Positions 1 to 15,200 of a stretch of 64,000 nt of DNA are shown here, one piece after another (the first letter of the stretch is position 1; each line of letters opens with the position of its first letter). Origin of the DNA: Octopus vulgaris. Its lineage: Eukaryota. The notes beneath the pieces are model-generated. The model saw only the letters and a list, made by a program, of their open reading frames with translations, searched no databases and was not told the DNA's origin. Position numbers and translations under genes: made by a program. The DNA lies in contig OX597821.1 of the NCBI GenBank assembly GCA_951406725.2, forward strand, positions 39,432,001 to 39,496,000, written 5' to 3'.

Positions 1-1462
<1,462 letters not shown>

Positions 1463-2761
1463 AATACACACCTACAGGGGGAATAAATAAAAAGAAAAGG
1501 TAAATAAATGAATTGTGAGAGAGAGTGATATAGGTTTGATGTAAATGAAGAGGAAATAATTCAGAGAAAAAGTGTTGAAGAAACACAAAAGAACCACAAT
1601 GGAAGAATCTGTGATCAGGGGACACAGTTACTGCATGCCTCTTTGTGTGTGTATGTGTGTGTGTGAGGTTACCCAAGAAGTGAGAGGAGGAACATTATTG
1701 CTAATTTGTCTATTTACTGTTAAAGAGATATGGTAAATCTAGAGAATAAGATGCCAGAGACTAGAGGTATTTTTCTAAATTATGATCCGGTTATAAAGGT
1801 GAAAGCATTGTGCCATGAAATTTGCTAAATAATTCCTTTAAACATCAATAAATAATAGCAGAGTTAATAGATATTATGCAGTTAATCTAATTTTGTGAAA
1901 AGCCCGATCTGAGTTGCCAGTGGTTGCTTCCAATCCTTTAGCTCTTTGTTGATGACAGATTAAATTAGCTCCGGCTTTATTGTGAAGACAGCATTGTTGT
2001 TTTTGTTGAGTAGCAGCAGTTAACTCTGCCCAAACCAATCAGTAAAACCAAGTAACATGTCTTATAATACACTGAAATCAGCCAACAGACCCAGTAAGTT
2101 GATTACAACATGATCCTGTGTGTGGCTGGTATCAAGAAGTGAGATATTTCAGCTTATAGCATAGTATATTAGTTGTCATTTTACATCCAGTTTAGTCACG
2201 TACTTCAAATGTATGTTAAGTAGATGAACAGTATACAACTGGCCTACTGGTCTCTATTTTCAAGCCCTAGCAGAAGTGTTATGTTTTGTTCCTTGGACAT
2301 TTTGTTTCTTCACAATCACTAGCCATTTAGCCATTGAAGGGTCATCTTGGAAGTCAAGATGATTACAGTATAGGATGGTTTTATCTGTGATGAGAATATC
2401 AAATTACTAATTAGTGCAGAGAATATCACCATAGATTATTGGGCCTTGTATGCTTTTTGTTGTCCCTAATTCCAACAAATAACATGCCAGAGAGTAAAAG
2501 AAAGATGTTTGTCCCCTTTTGTCCCCATTATTAATCATTGGTTTCACTCACCTCCTTCAAGAAGAAAGTAAAAAGGTTTGTTACCATGGAAATAACCTTG
2601 GTTCTCATGTCTTAGTAACAAAGAACTTTTTATTAAATCCTATCTCATATATGATGATAACTTCTTTTATTGGTCACAACGGCTCACTGCTTATGTACAA
2701 TAATAGAAGTTAGAGGGACATATTTACATGTCTGATTTAAAGACAATAATCTAAATTTTAT

Positions 2762-3165
2762 GGGGCAGTGAACCGACAAAATCATTAGCACACCAGGCAG
2801 AATGCTTAGTGGTATTTTATCTGTCGTTACATTCTGAGTTCAAATTCCGCCGAGGTCGACTTTGCTTTTCATCCTTTCAGGGTCGATAAATTAAGTACCA
2901 GTTGCACACTGGGGTCGATGTAATCGACTTAATCCATTTGTCTGTTCTTGTTTGTCCTCTCTGTGTTTAGCCCCTTGTGGGTAGTAAAGAAATAGGTATT
3001 TTGTCTGTGTTTATGTTCTGAGTTCAACTACCACTGAAATCAATTTTGCCTTTCATTTTTTTGGAGTTGGTAAAATATGTACCAACTGAGCCCAAGGGTC
3101 AATGTAACTGACTTCATCCCCAACCCTGAAATTGTTGATCTTGCACCAAAATTTGAACCCAATAA
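2762..3165 (+). mobile_element. Chimeric pair of tRNA-derived SINEs with a Meta(MESC)-like central domain
   Basis: B-box GAGTTCAAATTCC, central tttgcttttcatcctttcagggtcgataaattaagtacc, tail ...gtagtaaagaaata (to ~2994), then a second degenerate copy of the central domain with a different tail. Confidence 0.75.
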
Positions 3166-3693
3166 TTTAAATATTATGTACAGCAGCATTTTAAATCCTG
3201 TGGAAAGTGAACTGCATGTGGATCAAAAGAACAAAAACAGTTGATATGGCTGAGAGACATAAGAGAGAGAGAGAGAGAGAGAGAGAGATACTCACTCTCT
3301 TGTGTATATATGTAGTTATATAGTTGACATGAACATGAAATATAAATGAATGATGCATCCTTGGTGAATAAGTTGCATGGTTTTGTTAAGGATTAAAAAT
3401 AAAGCCACAACTTTCAGATTAGATCTCACAGATGATCTAAAACATAGAAGAGAGCTGTATTCATGTTACCAACCACTGAAAAATGTAAAAAGAAGGAAGC
3501 CATCGATTACTTGTTTTAGTCTTCTCCTGATAAGTTTAATACTTTATCATCTAAATCAATAATTTTCAACAATTATGCAATATTCTTTTCCTTTTATTTG
3601 TCTTGTTTTTTTTAACCCCAGGTCAGCTCTGAACAAGCAGGCCTATATAACTAAATGTGTTCTCATCCTGATTGCTTTATTTTTTCTTTCTGA

Positions 3694-4172
3694 CGTGCCG
3701 CCGGCACAGGTATCATAAATGGAAATTGTAGTTATGATACCTGTGCTAGCGGCATGTAAAAAGCACCATCTGAACGTGGCCGATGCCAGCGCCGCCTTGA
3801 CTGGCTTCTGTGCCGGTGGCACATGACCTGCTGTGCTTGAGGAGACCTATTGAGTCAAGTACATCAACATCAAAATAAATATTAAATGGAAATTGTAGTT
3901 GTGATACCTGTGCCGGTGGCACATAAAAAGCACCATCCGAACATGGCTGATGCCAGCACCGCCTTTACTGGCTTCTGTGCCAGTGGCCCATAAAAAGCAC
4001 CAACCGATCGTGGGCGCTGCCAGCCTCCCCTGGCACATAAAAAGCACCCACTACACTCATGGAGTGGTTGGCGTTAGGAAGGGCATCCAGCTGTAGAAAC
4101 ACTGCCATATCAGACTGGAGCCTGGTGCAGCCTCCTAGCATGGAAAACAGACATCAAACGATGATGATGATG
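3694..4172 (+). mobile_element. 3' UTR fragment of RTE-type LINE with (GAT)n tail
   Basis: Internal gtgccggtggcac/aaaagcacc repeats, ggttggcgttaggaagggcatccagctgtag motif, GATGAT tail; same 3' end as the RTE coding remnant at 51296..52190. Confidence 0.8.
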
Positions 4173-4652
4173 ATATAACTAGGAATACATTATCCAAGTT
4201 AACTGTAATAAAACAATCAAAGTGGTATTTGCAGCATATTTGGCAGCCATATTGGTGACCAGATAAAGGTTCTGCCATTAAACAGAAGAATAAAACTGAA
4301 GTACATAATAACATAATCAAACATTCTAGCTTTGTTCCAAATAATTGTTTGTTAATATAATTTATTCATTAATATCAAACAATATTTTTGATGTTTAAAT
4401 TCCACTTTCCGCCTTTCTTGGATGCTGGTCTTCTTAATAATTTTGATGGACAAAGACTGAACAATGAACTTCATTTTCTAACCAGAAATAGATGGTTGTA
4501 TGGCTGTGCGGTTAAGAAGCTTGATTGGGTTCAGTCCTTCTGTGTTGTACCTTAGGCAAGTGTCTTCTATTATAGCCTTACATCAACTATAGCCTTGTGA
4601 GTGGATTTGGTAGACAGAAACTGAAAGAAGATTATTGTATATACATACACAT

Positions 4653-4888
4653 TCTTTTACTTGTTTCATTATTTGAGTGTGGCCATACTGGAGCACTGCC
4701 TTTAGTTGGACAAATTGACCCCGGAAATTATTCTTTGTAAGCCTAGTACTTATTCTATTGGTTTCTTTTGCTAGCATGGAAAGCGGACGTTAAACGATGA
4801 TGATGATGATGATGATGAAACCGCAAAGTTACAGGGACATAAACACACCGACATTGGTTGTCAAGCAATGGTGGGGGCACAAACATAG

Positions 4889-4924
<36 letters not shown>

Positions 4925-5075
4925 GACAGGGTTCTTTTAGTTTCCATTTACCAAATCCACTCACAAGGCTTTGGTCAGCCTGAGGCTATAGTAGAAGATA
5001 CATGCCCAAGGTACCACGCAGTGGGACTGAACCCGGAACCATGTGGTTGGGAAGCAAGCTTCTTACCACACAGCC

Positions 5076-5076
<1 letters not shown>
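4653..5076 (-). mobile_element. tRNA-derived SINE family A, interrupted by a short RTE (GAT)n tail at ~4770..4818
   Basis: Matches copies at 14797, 18516, 19921, 24348, 42984 and 57647. Confidence 0.85.
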
Positions 5077-5116
<40 letters not shown>

Positions 5117-5328
5117 GAAAGGTTTCTTTTGGTTTTCATTTATGATATATATATATAAATAAATATACATATATATATATATATATAAATAAATATACAT
5201 ATATATGTAAATAAATATAAATATATATATATATAAATAAATATACATATATATATATATAAATAAATATACATATATATATATATATATAAATAAATAT
5301 ACATATATATACATATATATATATATAT

Positions 5329-5457
5329 ATTATTCTTAAACAAGAATATCGTAGACAGTGACTTTGAAGTTTCAACCAGTTATGTCATCATTTGATGATG
5401 GCTTTAATGGCCAAATCTTTGAAGTCACTGTCAATAATATTCTTATTTAAGAATAAT
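5329..5457. repeat. Imperfect ~130-bp palindrome
   Basis: attattcttaaacaagaatat..gacagtgactt / aagtcactgtc..atattcttatttaagaataat, centre tcatca-tt-tgatga (5385..5398). Confidence 0.8.
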
Positions 5458-6559
5458 GAATTCATACTTGTTTTTATTATAACTGAATGTAAAAACAAAC
5501 ATCAATAATATGTGCGTTTGTGCGTATGTGTGTGTGTGTGTGTGTTCATGTGTGTGCCTGCATGTGTCTCTTTGTCTTGGACATCATGCGCTTGTTGTAA
5601 ACAACCATCCTCATTTTACAAATGTATCCCGTTTCCAATCTTCGAAGGAGAAATTTTATCTTGTTTGGAAACTGGTGAATGCTGGTGGCAGGAATGGCAT
5701 CCAACCACAGAGAACTCTGCTGCCATGAATTCTGTCTCATCCAAGCAAACATGGAAATGAGAACATTTAAAATGATAACGACAGTGATGATGATGATGAT
5801 GATGATGGTGATGGTGATGGTGGTGGTGATGGTGGTGGTGGTGATTGATTGAGGGTATGTGGCTGTGTTTTTTTTGGTCACTGATTGAAAAGTTGTAGGG
5901 GGCAGATGGAGTATAATGTGACAACTGAAGTGATAGAGGTCAAGAAATGTAAGTAAAATGGTGTTTTGGGGTGGAGTTTATATATAGGAAACAGGTACAA
6001 AACAGCATCGATAGGAATTGTAACAGTAATATATTGGGAAACAGGAATCAACTTACCCTGAGTAAATGATTCAAGAACATTACAAAATGATGGTTCTATC
6101 TCCGAAGAATTACTTGTTTTCTTATTTCTTTAAATCTGTATTAACAAGCTCACCATCATTTGGTACTGGAATATAATTATTTGTGGTAAGAAAAATATAT
6201 ATGTTGGTGTTTGCAAATAAGTTATAAAACTAACATCTCATGTAACTTGGATAATGTCTTCCAAATATACTATATAGAATGTAAGATAATGGCAGCCAAT
6301 TCTTTAACTTGCCTCGAAGTTGGCAACACCAAGTATGTTCTGCATGCAGTTCTTCAACTTGCTGGTATTTCCAATCAATTACCAGACTGCTCTGATCATC
6401 GTTTACACTGTTGACTTTGACAACCAATCATTATTGGCAGTAAAATAAGAGCTGGCACCAGGCAGAGATTGGCACACTTGGCCAATGTGTCTCCTCAGAC
6501 ATCTTGTCATATGAATGTTTGCCTACTTTCACCGATTTCTTCATGATATTTACAAACAC

Positions 6560-6595
<36 letters not shown>

Positions 6596-7849
6596 AAATA
6601 TATATATATATAATATATATGCACATATGTGTGTGTGTATCTGTGCATGTGTATATACTTGTGTGTGTATAAGCACACATGCATGAGTTTCTACAAAATG
6701 AAAAAACCACACATACTCACACACACATTTTACATACATGCAAATAGATAGAAATATATACAAGAGGCATACTTGGATGTGCTTGTGTGTCTGTGATTAT
6801 GTATGTATGGAACCACAAAACTATTACACACACATACACACACACACCACATGCAAAGTATGTCTCATGTTAATTATTATATGGTTGCTTTGTCATTCGA
6901 TACAAGTACTTTCTATGAATAAATATTTCACTAAACATTGAGTTAGCTAATGCTTCGCTCTATATTTATATTTCGTTTTTGGTTATTTCTTGTCCTACTA
7001 AAATGCACTTCACCACGACTAGAACAAACCACAAACATTGCTCTTTGTTCTAGAAATGTCTTCAATATTACATAGCTTCAGTAAATCACTTAGAATCACT
7101 TTGTATTGGAGAAAATATACCAACTAATCAGTTTTCGTTGAGAAAACATTGCATTATATAACTTTTCCCTATTTCTTCATTATTCAGATTTTTCCACATA
7201 CTTTTAACTTTGATGCAAGAATATGTTCATTCACTCATAAAATTAAGCTTATATGCTTATTTATATTGCTTAATTATTTATTTATTCATTTGTTTTTCTT
7301 TTTTTTTTCTTCTCTTTTACTCTTCACTAACTCAAAAATATAAACAAATTTTTCAAGTTATCAGAAATGATGAAACAAAAAAGTTATTTCATAAATCTAT
7401 TAAAGAGTTTGCATAAAATAAATTGTTTTTTTTTTTTTATCACTTCCTTTATCTTTAAAATGCAAAATTTTTAATCTAAAACTCTATAAGAAAAATATAA
7501 AATATTTATTTTAATTTGACTGATTTTGTTTTAATGTCCTTGACATTTTTTTAAAGTGACTTGAATATATGTGTGTCTCATGTTGATAATTTTATTGGAA
7601 CCAGCAGAGAGTCTATGCCAAGAAAGAATAGTGGTAAACTATTTTTGTTCAAAGTAAAACCTGGAAGGCAAGAAAAATGGTGAAGTAACAAAAAGAAAAA
7701 GACCGTTGCAGAATTTTGAATAAATTTAATTGTCATGAAGATAGGACATCTGATGCTTTGGGTTTTTGTCCTTCAAAAGAGAACAAAAGAACATGAAAAT
7801 GCTTTTGTTCATCTGCAGATAAGTTCTAACTGGAATAGAAGATTTATAT

Positions 7850-8074
7850 TTAACCCTTTAGCATTTAAACTGGCCATATCTGGCTGAAATATTCTACCAG
7901 TTTTATGCCCAAACTGGCCAGAGTCAGTGTCTCACACTTATCCCGCAATATCATTCTAAAAATAAGCAATCACACCTTTGAAATCCCTAAACTATAAGAT
8001 AATTCATGATTAATTTAAAAAAACGTAAATGACAAGCGTTACATTTGACAGTAATCTGAATGATATAGGATTAA
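7850..8074 (+). mobile_element. piggyBac-like MITE
   Basis: TTAA-CCCTTTAGCATT left end, degenerate AATGATATAGGA-TTAA right end; related copies at 12907..13817 and 26288..26494. Confidence 0.7.
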
Positions 8075-8650
8075 AGCCATTCCAGTTGTGACCATCATGT
8101 CAGTTTTTATTGTGTGTCACTCAACTACTTTGTCTTCAATGCATCCTTATTTAAGAGAGTTGGTCACGATTTGAAGGAAATTTGACTGCTATTTCCAAAA
8201 TATCATTTGGCCAAGAAGAATCGTCTTCATTTTTCATTACCAAATATCCCACAAGAGTTCAAATGATTCACAGCTTATACCAAACAGACATTATGTGTCA
8301 AGCTTTACTGCTTCCTTTTGAGCAACATTCTAAACTTAAATCCATGATTGTGACCATCAAAATTAAGCACATAAGGGTTTCATGTTACAGAGAAGTTTTA
8401 TTCCTGTAAACATTACTGTAGCCCGGATATTCATAACATGAATTTCCTCATTGAGATGTGTAGACACAGCTATGACTCAGTGCCACTGTATGGCGCTCGG
8501 AGCAAGTATATTCTACACTTTGACCAAAATCTTGAGAATGGATTTAGTAGATAGAAATTTCAAAGAAGCCTATTTGTGTGTGTGTGTGTGTGTGCCCTCT
8601 TTTTGACACTAGGTAATGGTTGCAAAATGCACACCACCATCATACGAGTG

Positions 8651-9370
8651 ATGTATATATACATATGTATATATATACATGTATGTATATATATATATAT
8701 ATACATACATATATACATGTATATATACATATATACATACATATATACATATATACATACATATATACATATATACATACATATATACATATATACATAC
8801 ATATATACATATATACATACATATATACATATATACATGTATATATACATATATACATACATATATACATGTATATATACATATATACATACATATATAC
8901 ATGTATATATACATATATACATACATATATATGTATGTATACATGTATGCATACATATATACATGTATGTATACATATATACATGTATATATACATGTAT
9001 ACATACATATATACATGTATATATACATATATACATACATATATACATGTATATATACATATATACATACATATATACATGTATATATACATATATACAT
9101 ACATATATACATGTATATATACATATATACATACATATATACATGTATATATACATATATACATGTATATATACATATATACATACATATATACATGTAT
9201 ATATACGTATATACATACATATATACATGTATATATACATATATACATACATATATACATGTATATATACATATATACATACATATATACATGTATATAT
9301 ACATATATACATACATATATACATACATATATACATGTATATATACATATATATATACATATATACATAT

Positions 9371-9429
<59 letters not shown>

Positions 9430-10935
9430 CATATATATATATACATATATACATATACATATATACATATATATATACATATATATATATATACATATAT
9501 ATATACATATATATATACATATATACATATATACATATACATATATACATATATACATGTATATATATACATATATACATATATACATGTATATATATAC
9601 ATGTATATATATACATATATACATGTATATATATACATATATACATGTATATATATACATATATACATGTATATATATACATATATACATACATATATAC
9701 ATGTATATATATATACATATATACATACATGTATATATATACATATATACATGTATATATATACATATATACATACATATATACATGTATATATATATAC
9801 ATATATACATACATGTATATATATACATATATACATGTATATATATACATATATACATACATATATATACATATATACATACATATATACATGTATATAT
9901 ATATACATATATACATACATGTATATATATACATATATACATGTATATATATACATATATACATACATATATACATGTATATATATATACATATATACAT
10001 ACATGTATATATATACATATATACATGTATATATATACATATATACATGTATATATATACATATATACATCTATATATATACATATATACATGTATATAT
10101 ATGCATATATACATGTATATATGTACATATATACATGTATATATATATACATGTATATATATACATATATACATGTATATATATATACATGTATATATAT
10201 ACATATATACATGTATATATATATACATGTATATATATACATATATACATGTATATATATATACATGTATATATATACATATATACATGTATATATATAC
10301 ATATATACATGTATATATATATACATGTATATATATACATATATACATGTATATATATATACATGTATATATATACATATATACATGTATATATATATAC
10401 ATGTATATATATACATATATACATGTATATATATATACATGTATATATATATACATGTATATATATACATATATATGTATATATATATACATGTATATAT
10501 ATATACATGTATATATATATATATATGTATATATATACATATATACATGTATATATATATACATGTATATATATATACATGTATATATATACATATATAC
10601 ATGTATATATATATACATGTATATATATATACATGTATATATATACACATGTATATATATACATGTATATATATATACATGTATATATATACACATGTAT
10701 ATATATATACATGTATATATATATACATGTATATATATACATGTATATATATATACATGTATATATATACACATGTATATATATATACATGTATATATAT
10801 ATACATGTATATATATATACATGTATATATATACACATGTATATATATACATATATACATGTATATATATATACATGTGTATATATACATATATACATGT
10901 GTATATATATATATACACAAGTATATATATACATG

Positions 10936-10966
<31 letters not shown>

Positions 10967-11002
10967 GTTATATATATATATATATGTATATATATATGTA
11001 TG

Positions 11003-11051
<49 letters not shown>

Positions 11052-11088
11052 ATATATATATATATATATATTTTTGTATGTATGTATG

Positions 11089-11141
<53 letters not shown>

Positions 11142-11156
11142 ATATATATATGTATG

Positions 11157-11208
<52 letters not shown>
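8651..11208. repeat. ~2.5-kb compound TA/CA/TG low-complexity tandem array
   Basis: Units such as ATATATACATGT and ATATACATAC; gives 800-900 aa artefact ORFs on both strands. Confidence 0.99.
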
Positions 11209-11211
<3 letters not shown>

Positions 11212-11825
11212 TCATCGTTTAAGTCCGCTTTCCATGCTAGCATGGCTTGGACGGTTTGACTGGGGTCTGGGAAGCCAGGGGGCTGCACCAGGCCCAGTCT
11301 AATCTGGCAGTGTTTTTACAGCTGGATGCCCTTCCTAACGCCAACCACTCCGTGAGTGTAGTGGGTCCTTTTTATGTGACAGGTGAGGCTGGCAACGGCC
11401 ATAATCGGTTAGTGCTTTTTACATTCCACCAGCACAGAGGCCAGTGGAGGTGGCACTGGCAACGGCTACATTCAGATGGTTCTCTTACGTGCCACAGGCA
11501 CTGGTATCACAATTGCAATTTCCATTGATTTTTGATCGATTTCGATTTCACTTGCCTCAACAGATCTTCGCAAGCAGAGTTTTGTGTCCCAAGAAGGAAA
11601 GGGCCACGTTCGGATGGTTCTTTTACATGCCACTGGCACTGTTTTGATTGATTTCGATTGCTTCAACAGGACTTCGCAAGCAGAGTTTTGTGTCCCAAGG
11701 AGGAAAGGTATGCACAAGTGGACTGGCTACATCCCAGGTAGAGGCCACGTTCGGATGGTTCTTTTACGTGCCACTGGCACTGGTATGACAACTGCAATTT
11801 CCATTGATTTTTGATTGATTTCGAT
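11209..11825 (-). mobile_element. RTE-type LINE 3' UTR fragment
   Basis: catcatcgtttaagtccgctttccatgctagcatgg...ctggatgcccttcctaacgccaaccactcc, with internal duplications. Confidence 0.8.
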
Positions 11826-12040
11826 ATATATATACACACGCACACACACATATATGTATATAGGATATAGATAGATAAATAGATAGAAGGTGGGAGGAGA
11901 GAGAGAAAGAAACAAGCTTCTTTCAATTTCTGTCTATCAAATCTACTCATAAAGCTTTGGTTGGAATGAGTCTATAGTTGGAGACACTTGGAGGACATGG
12001 AACAAATATAGTATTATTGGACGCTCAGGAAAGAAGGAGG

Positions 12041-12075
12041 GTTTAACGTTTCGAGCGGAGCTCTTCGTCGGAAAC
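12041..12075 (-). ncRNA. Minimal Penelope-type hammerhead motif (CCGACGA core variant)
   Basis: Minus strand GUUU-CCGACGA-A-GAGC-UCC-GCUC-GAAAC-GUU-AAAC: stem I GUUU/AAAC, stem II GAGC/GCUC, palindromic AACGUU stem III. Confidence 0.55.
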
Positions 12076-12906
12076 ATAGGAGAAGGAAAGATCCAGAGAA
12101 GGGAAGACAGAGGAAAAAAAATCGCCAACGGTACACATGTGTGTGTGTGTATGTGTATGCATGTCCATTTCAAACATAAGCATGAGCTGAGAAATTTTGG
12201 GTGGGTTGTGTTTGAAAAACCAATCATATCCATTCTTCTATTTTAGCTGGTAATTCTTATGTTCAATCTCTGAAGGATGAAAGGCAAAACAATCTTGGCA
12301 GAATTTGAACTAAAAATGTGAAACCAGAAGTAAAAGCTACAAGGCGTTTGACACTCTAACAATCTGCCAAGATTTATCAGAAATTATTTCTAAACTCGGT
12401 GTTAAAAATAAGAACAGTAAAGGAAGTTTGATGTTGTTTTTGTTTTTTTTTTCTTAGAAAATTTGTTCTGCTATCCTTTCTCATTGAAATGTTTTTAAGT
12501 GGACCTGGACTTGTTCCAGAGGAACAAAACAAATTTGGATCTATGACTAAGGTTTTTTGTAATTTGAGAACTGTAGTCCAGAAAATTTAAACTTTTAGAT
12601 AAAATGCGACATTCTGGAATTTTTAAGGGCCTACAGCTAATGGGGAAATATTTTGTCAGTTTTGCTTAGATGAAAAAGAAAAAAAGAAAAAAAAGAAAGA
12701 AGAAAGAACCCAGTCTGCTCCAAGAGCAACACTTTCTTTAATGTTAGTTAAATTTAATCTCAGTGTGTTGGTACAAGGTTTGGTTCATTGTAAAAAATTT
12801 TAATCCAGGGAGGAGTGGATTGAATTTATTTTAAAATAAAGAAACAGCAGTCACTTCCTTTTCTGCGTGTAGCATTGGTACAGGGACCCCACTACAAATA
12901 ATTCGT

Positions 12907-13817
12907 TTAATCCGTTAGCATTTAAACCGGCCATATCCAGCCAAAATATTCGACCTGTTTTATGCTCAAACAAACCAGGTCTGGCATCTCTACAATGACC
13001 TAACTGAAACTAAAGAATTACATTATTGAAATCTTGAAAGCACCAAGTATTGCATGAATAATGTTAAAAGTACCATCTAGAGATTTCGTTACCTTCGTGC
13101 GATCAGGTCAGCAGATCCGTTTCAAGAAGAAGATCAAGATACTTCCTGTGAAAGATGAAAAGTGGAACGGCTATTGGAAGGTGGCTGCAGATTTACCTGG
13201 GCACCAGGGATTCTTTCCCATCCCAATTACGAAAAAACCAGATATTTTGATGTGGTGTGAAAGAAGGAAAGTTGTAAATCTAGTCGAGTTAAAGGTTCCT
13301 CATGAAGATAATATGGATGCCACTCAGGCTTGAAAGATTGACTGTTATGTAAACCACCTCAAGGAATGTGAAGACGCAGGCTGGAAAGCAGAACATTTTC
13401 CAATCGAAGTCGGATGTAGAGGGTTCGTTGGACACAGTATGAGACGACTGTTGTTATCGTTAGGCCTAATTCATCTTAAAGTCAATACCACCATGACTGA
13501 TATCCAATCTACAGTGGAGAAGGCTTGCCACTGGATTTGGTTAAAAAGAGACGATGAGCGATGGCTAGAAGAATATTGAGCTTTATTTGATAACCAGCTG
13601 ATCTAGCAAGCGGGGTCTCATATCAGATGCAGTGCGTATTGATGCCATCAAGACACAGGCCCCGGAACGGTGCACATTCTCTCCTGATGGCCCCATACAC
13701 TTGCTGGCTTCCAGTATGCAGAGTTTTTGACTGGTAGCACTTGCATGTACAAGTTGTTTGCATGACATATAAATAAGAATTGCATTTGACAGACGAATCT
13801 GAATGCTAAAGAGTTAA
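12907..13817 (+). mobile_element. piggyBac-like MITE split by a HERO insertion
   Basis: TTAA-tccgttagcatt ... gaatgctaaagag-TTAA; the two halves match the 7850..8074 copy. Confidence 0.7.
13063..13771 (+). pseudogene. 5'-truncated decayed copy of the HERO-type retrotransposon (RLE domain and 3' UTR)
   Basis: Collinear with 31555..32265; peptide KKPDILMWCERRKVVNLVELKVPHEDNMDA; premature TGA at 13331..13333. Confidence 0.95.
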
Positions 13818-14087
13818 ATGTTAATAATTCAAATAACTTAAATTGTTTATAGGCATATGAAAATTATTTGGGGTATATTTTTTATAATCATATTTACTTG
13901 ATTCTGTGATTATCCAGAATATTTAGCAAGTATTCCTTTATTCTGACCAGCTGATATTGTCATTGGGCTGTTTTGCAAGGTTATTTGTGAAAATCAAACT
14001 GCTTCTTTACAATTCTTGTAATTGTCTGAAGAATTGCAAGAATCTTTAAGATATGATTGTAAAGTTTCAGCTATAATAAATAAATAA

Positions 14088-14121
<34 letters not shown>

Positions 14122-14796
14122 GATAGATAGATAGATAGATAGATATACATATATACATACATATATGTGTGTATATAAATAAATATACACATGCACATAC
14201 ATACATATGTGTGTGTATATATAGGTATAGATATACATATATACATACATGTGTGTATATGTATATATATACACACACACACAGAGACATATATATACAT
14301 ATGTATATATATATATGTGTGTACATGTAAGTATGTATATATATATAATACACACACGCGAGAGAAAGAGAGAGATGGAGAGATGGGGTTGGGGTTGAAA
14401 TCTTGTTATCACAATAGCAACTCTGCAAAGGAAAGAAAGGAAATATATGAAATAAAACAAAGAAAGCTGGAATTTAACGTTCAACATTTTTATTATCATT
14501 CTATCTCATCACTTGATATTCTTTTTTTAGTGTTTCGTTTCCCTAACTCCAGAGCTACTGCTAGTCTCATGACGTTAAGCATGCTTGTATCTAGGTTTTG
14601 CTAAACCAGTGACAGTAGACAGCAACCAAATGTTATTTGTATCAAAGTAAAGACATTGCTGTAGAAATCTCTCAAAAATGTTACTTATCTTCTGTTCTAC
14701 GTTGATCAAAAACTGGAGAGAGGAGTTGTTTCTTCCATTGAGGAAGAAAATTATCCATGCGACCAGTAATTTAAAGGTTTTTTTTTTTTAAATATA

Positions 14797-15200
14797 CTCT
14801 CTTTTACTCTTTTACTCGTTTCAGTCATTTAACTGCGGCCATGCTGGAGCACCGCCTTTAATCGAGCAACTCGACCCCGGGACTTATTCTTTGTAAGCCC
14901 AGTACTTATTCTATCGGCCTCTTTTTGCCGAACCGCTAAGTGACGGGGACATAAACACACCAGCATCGGATGTGAAGCAATGCTAGGGGGACGAACACAA
15001 ACATACACGCACACACACATATACATATATATATACATATATACGACAGGCTTCTTTCAGTTTCCGTCTACCAAATCCACTCACAAGGCTTTGGTCGGCC
15101 CGAGGCTATAGTAGAAGTCACTTGCCCAAGGTGCCACGCAGTGGGACTGAACCCGGAACCATGTGGTTGGTAAAGAAGCTACTTACCACACAGCCACTCC
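14797..15200 (-). mobile_element. tRNA-derived SINE family A, young full copy
   Basis: Head ggagtggctgtgtggtaag (A box), gggttcagtccc (B box), ccttgggcaagtg core, internal TA/TG tract, gtaaaaga tail; CpG-rich. Confidence 0.9.

Noticed and set aside
3694-4050. CRISPR-like repeat-spacer pattern (gtgccggtggcac units)
   Set aside because: Internal minisatellite of an RTE 3' UTR; the spacers are related to each other and the context is eukaryotic
6052-6545. Possible host exon on the minus strand (CAGG|GTAAGT donor near 6057; 65-aa ORF)
   Set aside because: Stops in all frames after the nearest acceptor and no recognisable domain; a non-coding exon cannot be excluded
8560-11302. 786-908 aa ORFs on both strands
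   Set aside because: Low-complexity repeat artefacts, open in nearly all frames
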